From Candidatus Latescibacterota bacterium (lineage in GTDB: Bacteria; Latescibacterota; UBA2968; GCA-2709665): a stretch of 64,000 nt of DNA. The first letter of the stretch is position 1; each line of letters opens with the position of its first letter. This document shows positions 55,957-64,000 of the stretch, piece by piece. Location: contig OZ244937.1 in NCBI GenBank assembly GCA_965222075.1, forward strand, positions 64,001 to 128,000, written 5' to 3'. Below the pieces are notes generated by a model. That model worked only from the letters and a program-made list of their open reading frames with translations, was not told the DNA's origin and did no database searches. The position numbers and the translations under genes are program-made.

Positions 55957-57938
55957 AGGGATGGAGAATGGACACGTGGACCGCGGTCCTGTGCGGAATG
56001 CTCGCCCTGACGCCTTTCGGCAGGTTTGCACGGGCGGAGCGGCCCAGGGAGATCCGCTACATTGGACCGGCGCTGAGCACGCTGAACAGCTACCTGTACA
56101 CAGGGGGGATGTATGCGCAGATCACGCTGGGGACAAAAGAGGGACTGGTTCAACTGGATCCCGAGGGGGGGCTGATTCCGGCGCAAGCCGAGCGGTGGGA
56201 GGTCTCCGAGGACAGGTTGACCTACACCTTCATCCTGCGCCGGGACAATCGCTGGTACGACGGGACTCCGGTGACCGCGTGGGACTACAAGGCCGCCTTC
56301 ATCTATCAGATGGAGCCGGGGCGGGAGAGCAAGTGGATCTGGGACACGCCTTTGCAGTATGTGGAGAAGGCGATGGACTTCAGGAACGGCGCGGCCCGTG
56401 TCGAGGAGGTAGGGGTGGATGTGGTGGATGACTATACGCTGCGGTTTCGGCTGGCCAAGCCCTACCCTGCGTTTATGAACGCAATGGTCACCGGGAGCAT
56501 GTTCCCGATCCACCGGGGGGCGCTGGAAAACTACGGAGAAGACTGGCACAAGCTGGAGCACTATCAGGGGAACGGACCGTACCGGATTGTGGAGTGGGAG
56601 CTCAACTCCCATGTGATCTTAGAGCCGAATCCCGGATACAACCTGACCCGGGGCAATCTGGAGCGGATCTACAGCCGGTTTGCAGGCAGGCCCCTGGAGG
56701 GCTATCAGAGCGGTGAGATCGATTTTGCGATCCTGAGTTCGATCGCGGATATCTACTATGCCAAACACCATCCGGCACTCAGCCGGGAACTGGTCTGGAC
56801 GCCGACCAGTGGGCTTTCTTATGTCAAATTTCTGTTTTCGAAAAATCCGATCTACTGGGACGCCAGGGTGCGGCGGGCGATCGCTCTGGGGTTCGACAAG
56901 CGCCGGGTCGTGGAGACGATCTTCCTGGGGCGGGAGACGCCGATGGATATGCTTTCCACGCCGGCCATGCCCGATTGGGATGCGGAGTTCGGGATGAGAT
57001 TCGACCCGGAGGAGGCGCGACGGCTGCTGTCCGAGGCGGGGTATTCGGGTGGAAAGGGAATTCCCGAGTCGGTTATCCTGATCCCTTCCTACCTGGCGCC
57101 GGAGATGGTTTCGCAGTTCGTGGTTATCGCCGCCATGCTGGAAGAGAATCTGGGCATCCGGTTCAAGATCGACAATCAGGAACTGGGCGTGTATGCAGAT
57201 AAGCGGGTTTCTTTGAACCCGCCTGAGTATGTGGGGATGTGCTTTGCGGCATCCGGGGCGCCCTGGCCCAACCCGATCTACGGCACGCAGTGGATTGAGA
57301 ATGTCCACTGGACGGACAGCCCGGAAGTTTACGGCGTCTGGTGGGAGGGACAGCGGCGGATTCTGCAGATCCGGTCGGGTATGGTTCAGCTTGAGGGCGG
57401 AAAAGCTCTCGCCGACTTCAAACGGGTGCACCGGGAGATCGGGGCGTATAAAGACTCGGTTATGGCGCTCCACACAGATGGAAAACACGGTCCGCACCTG
57501 CGGCGGGAGGCGGAAGAGGCGATGAGCGGTTGGCAGGAAGCGGGAGACGAGATCCTGCGGGCGGCGCGGCAACCGGATGCGGATCTGAAGTGGGGGTGGA
57601 AGGCGTTGAATGTGACGCTCCTGCAGGTGAAGCAGTACTATTTTCAGTGGTCGCATGCCAGCGACTTGCGCTGGCGGCTTGAGGAGATGCGTCAGGAAGC
57701 GCACCAGGCGCGCGATCGGGTCAGGCAGGCAGAGATCAACCGGGAGATACACCGTCTGGTGCAGGCTTATAGCTGGGACTTCCCGCTCCACGTTGCCAAT
57801 GCCACGGCTCTGGTCAAACCCTACGTAAAGGGGGCGAAATTCTGCGCTTACTGGTGGGCCAATCCTATGTATCTGAAATGGATCAGCATCCAGGACGGCA
57901 ACGGGGCGGAGACAGCGCAGAGGTCCGAAGTCGACTGA
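55953..57938 (+). CDS. Opp/Dpp-family ABC transporter substrate-binding protein
   Basis: ATG 55953 overlaps upstream TGA; signal peptide; EGLV..D, WEVS.D.LTYTF.LR, W.DG.PVTA.D, GNGPY.I.EW, VRRAIAL. Confidence 0.85.
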   Translation: MKGWRMDTWTAVLCGMLALTPFGRFARAERPREIRYIGPALSTLNSYLYTGGMYAQITLGTKEGLVQLDPEGGLIPAQAERWEVSEDRLTYTFILRRDNRWYDGTPVTAWDYKAAFIYQMEPGRESKWIWDTPLQYVEKAMDFRNGAARVEEVGVDVVDDYTLRFRLAKPYPAFMNAMVTGSMFPIHRGALENYGEDWHKLEHYQGNGPYRIVEWELNSHVILEPNPGYNLTRGNLERIYSRFAGRPLEGYQSGEIDFAILSSIADIYYAKHHPALSRELVWTPTSGLSYVKFLFSKNPIYWDARVRRAIALGFDKRRVVETIFLGRETPMDMLSTPAMPDWDAEFGMRFDPEEARRLLSEAGYSGGKGIPESVILIPSYLAPEMVSQFVVIAAMLEENLGIRFKIDNQELGVYADKRVSLNPPEYVGMCFAASGAPWPNPIYGTQWIENVHWTDSPEVYGVWWEGQRRILQIRSGMVQLEGGKALADFKRVHREIGAYKDSVMALHTDGKHGPHLRREAEEAMSGWQEAGDEILRAARQPDADLKWGWKALNVTLLQVKQYYFQWSHASDLRWRLEEMRQEAHQARDRVRQAEINREIHRLVQAYSWDFPLHVANATALVKPYVKGAKFCAYWWANPMYLKWISIQDGNGAETAQRSEVD

Positions 57939-57987
57939 GTGCATTTCCAGTTCGTAAACGAGCGCAATCTCGAGCCGGAGAATCGTT

Positions 57988-58965
57988 ATGGTCATGTTTG
58001 TTATTCGCCGCATCGGTCAAATCGCGGTGAGTCTGGTGGTGATCCTCGTTATTACGTTTTACCTGATGCACGCGGCGCCCGGCGACTTTTTCAATATCGA
58101 ACGGCTGATGAACCAGCAGGTAACCGGCAGTCGGCTGAGCCAGTTTGAGGAGAAGAGCCAGACGCTGATGCTGTGGGAGGAACGCTACGGGGAGAATACC
58201 CCTGTCTGGAAACAGATCCTGATCTACCTCCGGCACGCGGCGGTGCTGGACTTCGGGCCGTCGTTCCGGTACCCGGATACCACGATCCAGGAGATGATGA
58301 CCCGGGCTTTCCCCCGGACGTTCGTTCTGGCTTTCTCGCCGATGCTCCTGGCCCTGCTGATCGGCATTCCCATGGGCATTGGGGCGGCGCTCTACCGGAA
58401 TACCTGGGCCGACCGGGCGACGATGTTTATTTCCATGCTGGGCATTTGCATTCCTTCCTACGTCATCGCCCTGCTGGTCATTGTCTTTTTCGCGGTGATG
58501 CTTCAGATGTTTCCGACGTCGGGATGGGGGACGTGGAAGTCCGCCGTGCTCCCGGTGATGGCGATGGTCTTTCAGCCTGTTGCAGGCATCGCCCGGTACG
58601 TACGGGTGAGTTTGATCAAGGAGCTGGGTGAAGACTACGTGCGAACCGTGTTCTCCAAAGGGGGGGACCGGAACAAGGCGGTGTTTCGCCATGCGCTGCG
58701 GAATTCGCTGATTCCACTGCTGACCATTACCGGACCGCAGTTCGCCAACCTGATGGTGAGCACCGCTTTTATCGAGGAGATTTTCAACATTCCCGGCCTG
58801 GGCAAGCTGTTCGTGGCCGCCGCGGGGACGCGGGATTACCCGATGATCATTACGTCTACCCTCTTTTTCGGGTTCCTGATTATGCTGATGAACCTGCTGG
58901 TGGACATCGGCTACGCGCTGATTGACCCGCGCATCCGGGCGGGCTACCAGCGGAAAGGGCGATGA
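57988..58965 (+). CDS. Opp/Dpp ABC permease (OppB-like)
   Basis: DFGPSF, EDYVRT..SKG, HALRNSLIP, E.IFNIPGLG, RDYP, DPRI. Confidence 0.93.
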   Translation: MVMFVIRRIGQIAVSLVVILVITFYLMHAAPGDFFNIERLMNQQVTGSRLSQFEEKSQTLMLWEERYGENTPVWKQILIYLRHAAVLDFGPSFRYPDTTIQEMMTRAFPRTFVLAFSPMLLALLIGIPMGIGAALYRNTWADRATMFISMLGICIPSYVIALLVIVFFAVMLQMFPTSGWGTWKSAVLPVMAMVFQPVAGIARYVRVSLIKELGEDYVRTVFSKGGDRNKAVFRHALRNSLIPLLTITGPQFANLMVSTAFIEEIFNIPGLGKLFVAAAGTRDYPMIITSTLFFGFLIMLMNLLVDIGYALIDPRIRAGYQRKGR

Positions 58966-58987
58966 AGTCACAGAGAGGAGAAGCCGT

Positions 58988-59881
58988 TTGGCCCCTTTAA
59001 ACCGGGTACCATACGGAGCAGCAGAGAAGGCGATTGAACCCCGGCGGGTCTCCTACTGGGGCAACGTCTGGCAACGCTTTGCGGTGAACCGCTTGGCCGT
59101 CCTGAGCCTGGGGTTTGTCATTCTGATGATTTTGGCGGGGGCCTTGGCGCGCTTTGTTGCACCTTATGGGTACAACGAGATCGACCTGGACAACGCATAC
59201 CAGCCTCCGTCGTGGCAGCATATTGCCGGAACGGACGAGGTCGGGCGAGACATTTTCAGCCGCCTCATTTTCAGCCTTCAGACGGCCCTGGCCGTCGCAT
59301 TCGGGGCCACGGTGATCTCCGTGGTGATCGGCGGAGTGATCGGGGCCGTGTCGGGCTATTCGGGGGGCGTTATAGACAATATATTGATGCGGATTACAGA
59401 TGTGATGTACGCATTTCCGGGGTTTCTGTTCAGCATCATCCTGGTGTCGGTGCTGGGGCGGGGGATGGTTACGATTTTCATCGCTATCGCGGCCACAAGC
59501 TGGGTGGGATTCGCCCGGCTGATGCGGGCGCAGGTGCTGTCGATCAAGAACCTGGAGTACGTGGAGTCGGCCCGGGCGCTGGGGGCGCCCCACCGGTATA
59601 TTATCCGGCGGTATATTCTGCCGAATTCCTTCGGCCCGCTGATTGTTGCCATCGCCTTTATGGTTCCCGGGTTGATGATGACGGAATCGGCGTTGAGCCT
59701 GCTGGGGCTGGGGGTGATGCCGCCCAGGCCAAGCTGGGGAGTGCTGATTCAGGTGGGGAGCGTGAATTTCAGGGCGTTTCCCTATCAGCTTACCTGGCCC
59801 GCGGCTACGTTTGCGCTGGCCCTGCTGTCGTTTACCTATCTGGGGGACGGGCTGAACGATGCGTTCAATCCGAAAGATTGA
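58988..59881 (+). CDS. Opp/Dpp ABC permease (OppC-like)
   Basis: TTG 58988 after GAGGAG; GTD..GRDIFSRL, EYVESARALGA, ESALS.LGLG, GDGL.DAFNPK. Confidence 0.9.
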   Translation: MAPLNRVPYGAAEKAIEPRRVSYWGNVWQRFAVNRLAVLSLGFVILMILAGALARFVAPYGYNEIDLDNAYQPPSWQHIAGTDEVGRDIFSRLIFSLQTALAVAFGATVISVVIGGVIGAVSGYSGGVIDNILMRITDVMYAFPGFLFSIILVSVLGRGMVTIFIAIAATSWVGFARLMRAQVLSIKNLEYVESARALGAPHRYIIRRYILPNSFGPLIVAIAFMVPGLMMTESALSLLGLGVMPPRPSWGVLIQVGSVNFRAFPYQLTWPAATFALALLSFTYLGDGLNDAFNPKD

Positions 59882-59910
59882 GCCTGTGCGCCTGTGAACG
59901 AGGAGACCCT

Positions 59911-60867
59911 GTGTCCGTTTTGCTGGATATCCGGGATCTGAAGACGTATTTCTACCGCCGCGATGGCGTGGTACGGGCGGTGGACGGGATCTCTTACGCC
60001 GTATACGGGGGAGAGAGCGTGGGAATTGTGGGGGAGAGCGGCAGCGGTAAGAGTGTGAGCATGCTGTCGATTGTGAAATTGATCGGGGGACGGGGAAAGA
60101 TCGAAGCCGGGGAGGTGTTCTTTGAGGGGCGGAACCTGCTGGCGCTGGACGAAAAGGCGCTTCAGGATGTGCGGGGCAACGAGATCGGGTTTGTTTTCCA
60201 GAACCCGCAGACGTCTCTCAACCCGACGATGCGCAGCGGACCCCAGATTGAGGAACCGATCCTGTGGCACGGGCGGGCGGACCGGAAGCAGGCGTTCGAC
60301 CGGGCGGTCTCGCTGCTGGAAGAAGTGGGTATTCCGGCCCCGTCGTCGCGCTATCGGAACTACCCGTTCGAGCTGTCGGGGGGGATGAAGCAGCGGGTGA
60401 TGATTGCGATGGCGTTAAGCTGCGAGCCGAAGCTGATGATCGCCGACGAACCGACGACGGCGCTGGATGTGACGACGCAGGCGCAGATCGTGGATCTGAT
60501 GAACCGGATGAAGGCGTCCTACGGGATGTCGACGGTGCTGATTACGCACGATTTCGGTCTGGCCGTGGAGTTCAGCGACCGGATTGTTGTGATGTACGCA
60601 GGCAGGGTGGCTGAAATTGCGCCCACACCGGCGTTCCTGAACACCCCGCGCCACCCTTACTCGATCGGCCTGCTGGAGAACGCGAAGATGGTCCGGGGGC
60701 GGTTGAATACCATTCCCGGGCTGCCGCCCGATATGACCCGCCCACCGTCGGGATGCCGGTTTCACCCCCGCTGCCCCCGGGCGACGGACCTGTGCAGGGA
60801 GAAGGTCCCCGAGATGACGCGGGTGTCGGAGGATCACACCGTCTTTTGCTGGCACATAGAGGACTGA
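59911..60867 (+). CDS. Opp/Dpp ABC ATP-binding protein (OppD-like)
   Basis: GTG after AGGAG; [34 protein letters not shown]. Confidence 0.93.
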   Translation: MSVLLDIRDLKTYFYRRDGVVRAVDGISYAVYGGESVGIVGESGSGKSVSMLSIVKLIGGRGKIEAGEVFFEGRNLLALDEKALQDVRGNEIGFVFQNPQTSLNPTMRSGPQIEEPILWHGRADRKQAFDRAVSLLEEVGIPAPSSRYRNYPFELSGGMKQRVMIAMALSCEPKLMIADEPTTALDVTTQAQIVDLMNRMKASYGMSTVLITHDFGLAVEFSDRIVVMYAGRVAEIAPTPAFLNTPRHPYSIGLLENAKMVRGRLNTIPGLPPDMTRPPSGCRFHPRCPRATDLCREKVPEMTRVSEDHTVFCWHIED

Positions 60868-60904
60868 GCGGTATGGCTATGCTGAAAAAACAGGTTTTGG
60901 AGTA

Positions 60905-61864
<960 letters not shown>

Positions 61865-61918
61865 GGGATAGGCACGGCCCGCCTGCCATGGAACTGTTGA
61901 GAAAGGAAGGGGAGCACG

Positions 61919-63625
61919 ATGCGCATCGCGATTCTGTCCGGTTCGTCGCCCGATCTGTCGGCTTATGTGGCTGAGATATTGAAGACCTGGGGCCTTGTTC
62001 TGTTCGAGGCCGTGGAACCGGCGGTTATTGCCAGGCTGGATCCTTCGGATGTGCCGGTGGTGGTCTATCCCGTGTCGGAGGGGGTGGGCGAAGACGCGCT
62101 GATTGGGTACGCGCGCCGGGGGGGAACGGTGGTGTGCTTCCTGCCCGGGGGGGGGCTTGCGCGCGCTGCGGGGCTTGCGCGCGAGGGCGAAAAAGAGGCG
62201 CGGCTGCGGCTGCGGGTGACGGAAGCGCCGGCCGCGGGACTGGCGGGCGAGCTGCTTCCGATCGTGGGCCGCACAGGGGTGTACCGGCCCGGGACCGATG
62301 TCCGGGTTCTGGCCTATCTCTGCCATCCAGGGCGTTATGAAGGAGAGGATGTGGGCATTACGGTGGCGCCTGTGGGCAGGGGGAGGATCGTGGCGTTTGC
62401 GTTCGATCTGGCGCTGTGCGTACTCCTCCTGCGGCAGGGCGATCCGGGCCGCGCGGAGGTTATTCCGCCCGGGGATGGGTGCGCCCGGGCCTCCCACATG
62501 GCCGCGGACATCGGTCCGGGGGATTGTGGATGGGCGCCCTTTGCGGATCTGCTGTCCCGGCTGTTCGTGGATGTGCTGCGGAAGCGCCTGCCCGGGCCGG
62601 CTCCGCTGATTTCTCATCTTCCCGGAACAGCGCCGGGGATGCTGCTGTACTCGGGGGATGAGGATTACGCCGATGTGGCTTCGACCGATGACGAGCTGGA
62701 TTATGTGAGGGCCGCGGGAGGACGTATGAGCCTCTACATTATCCCGAACCACACCCGCTCGACCCGGGCCGACGTGCAGCGCTACACCGCCCACCACGAT
62801 GTGGGACCGCATCCCAATTTGCGGCCTTTGGACGGGCGCCCCGTGGCCGAGCGCCTGTTAGCGTTTGAGCGCCAGGTGCGGATGTTTGAGGAGATGTTCG
62901 GGACGCCGGCACGGTCCGTGCGCAATCACTGCCTGGCGTGGGCGGGCTATATGGATCTGGCTGAAGTCCAGGAGCGGCTGGGGGTGCGGATGGATGCCAA
63001 TTATTGCTGTTCCGCTTATATGCGCAACCGGGATTTTGCGCCTTACACGTCGTTCGGCGCGGCGATGCCGATGCGCTTCTGCCGGCCCGACGGCCGCCCG
63101 ATCGAGGTGTTCCAGCAGCATACGCACCTTTCGGATGATGGCTGGTTCGGTCCTGAGGAATACTCCTACAAGATTTCGGCGCAGCAGTTCGAGGTGATCC
63201 TGAGCCGCATCTTTGCGGATATTCAGACGCGCTTCCACACGCCCTACGGCGTTATTATCCACCCGGGGAACTGGGCGAAGTTCTCCCGGGGCCAGGGGGA
63301 GGCGCTGCTGCGGCAGGCAGCGGAGCGGGACATGCCGGTGTGGTCTTATGATCGGTGGTCGGCGTTCTGGGAGGCGCGGGATACGTGGCGTTTCCACGGG
63401 GTGCGCTGGGACGGGCGTGAGTTGCGGTTTGCCGCAGAAGGGGAGAGGTCGTGCGAGGGCCTCTGTTTTGCGCTTCCGGAGACGTATGCGGGCGCTTCTC
63501 TTGCGGATGTACGGCTGGACGGAGAGGGACAGGGCTGGCAGCGGGTGGTCCGCTACGGTGAAACGCTCGGGCTGGTGTCCGTTTCTGCGGGAAGATCTGT
63601 TGAAGTCAGCGCAAGCTACGCGTGA
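61919..63625 (+). CDS. Hypothetical protein with polysaccharide-deacetylase-like domain
   Basis: YSGDED, VGPHP, VRNHCLAW, IIHP motifs suggest a NodB-like barrel; RBS GGAG. Confidence 0.6.
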   Translation: MRIAILSGSSPDLSAYVAEILKTWGLVLFEAVEPAVIARLDPSDVPVVVYPVSEGVGEDALIGYARRGGTVVCFLPGGGLARAAGLAREGEKEARLRLRVTEAPAAGLAGELLPIVGRTGVYRPGTDVRVLAYLCHPGRYEGEDVGITVAPVGRGRIVAFAFDLALCVLLLRQGDPGRAEVIPPGDGCARASHMAADIGPGDCGWAPFADLLSRLFVDVLRKRLPGPAPLISHLPGTAPGMLLYSGDEDYADVASTDDELDYVRAAGGRMSLYIIPNHTRSTRADVQRYTAHHDVGPHPNLRPLDGRPVAERLLAFERQVRMFEEMFGTPARSVRNHCLAWAGYMDLAEVQERLGVRMDANYCCSAYMRNRDFAPYTSFGAAMPMRFCRPDGRPIEVFQQHTHLSDDGWFGPEEYSYKISAQQFEVILSRIFADIQTRFHTPYGVIIHPGNWAKFSRGQGEALLRQAAERDMPVWSYDRWSAFWEARDTWRFHGVRWDGRELRFAAEGERSCEGLCFALPETYAGASLADVRLDGEGQGWQRVVRYGETLGLVSVSAGRSVEVSASYA

Positions 63626-63636
63626 TAGGAGGGGAT

Positions 63637-64000
63637 ATGAAGCTGCTGGATATTAACGTGATGCTGGGACCGACGCAGGACGACGCCGAACCGAGTTTTC
63701 AGACTACGGATGCGCTGTTGGAGGAAATGGACCGGCTGGACATTGCCGAGGCGCTGGTTTACTCCAGCCACGCCCGGTACGGACATCCCCGGGAGGGGAA
63801 CTGGCGGCTGTTTGAACAGCTTGAGGGACACCGCGACCGGCTGCACCCCTGCTGGTTGCTGCTGCCGCCGGGCACTGCGGAGCTGCCCGCTCCCGCCGAG
63901 GTGGTGCGCCAGATGCAGGAGAACGGGGTCCGAGCAGCCCGGCTCCTGCCCGGCCAGCACCTGTTCCCGGTGAGCCGCCGCATCCTGGGATGCCTGCTGG
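63637..64000 (+). CDS. Amidohydrolase family protein (runs off window)
   Basis: ATG after AGGAGG; MKLLDINVMLG...LLEEMDRLDIAEALV...GN..L...RLHPCW...GVRAARLLP; not in ORF track because no stop occurs in the window. Confidence 0.75.
   Translation, partial: MKLLDINVMLGPTQDDAEPSFQTTDALLEEMDRLDIAEALVYSSHARYGHPREGNWRLFEQLEGHRDRLHPCWLLLPPGTAELPAPAEVVRQMQENGVRAARLLPGQHLFPVSRRILGCLL

Noticed and set aside
58962-59000. Out-of-frame ATG suggesting a frameshifted OppC-like gene
   Set aside because: In-frame TTG at 58988 with GAGGAG upstream gives a normal-length permease

Overview
GC-rich bacterial DNA (roughly 60-65% by eye, not computed); every credible gene but one is on the + strand. The TonB receptor/T9SS-like CTD protein/PorV module, DUF6785-type transporter, CRTAC1 protein and many Gfo/Idh/MocA enzymes suggest an FCB-group lineage such as Latescibacterota (inference only). 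Layout: (1) 1-5.2 kb outer-membrane uptake module; (2) 5.4-29.4 kb catabolic-looking region with five full homocysteine S-methyltransferase (HMT) family genes, one fused to a HemK-like SAM methyltransferase, plus Gfo oxidoreductases; it is interrupted by an exonuclease-RecQ-UvrD helicase gene bracketed by 99-bp inverted repeats with no transposase; (3) 29.8-50.3 kb surface glycan cluster; (4) 50.5-64 kb HEPN-MNT pair, M14 peptidase, Gfo, CRTAC1, Opp/Dpp ABC transporter and a partial amidohydrolase. Most notable: the HMT-methyltransferase fusion (possible one-polypeptide S-methylmethionine cycle), the mosaic HMT expansion, the IR-bounded helicase cassette, a reciprocally decayed ~1 kb duplication, and several centre-deleted genes including a 41-aa in-frame mini-HMT absent from the ORF track. 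No rRNA, tRNA, CRISPR array, integrase or transposase was recognised. All family calls come from reading motifs; no database searches were run.
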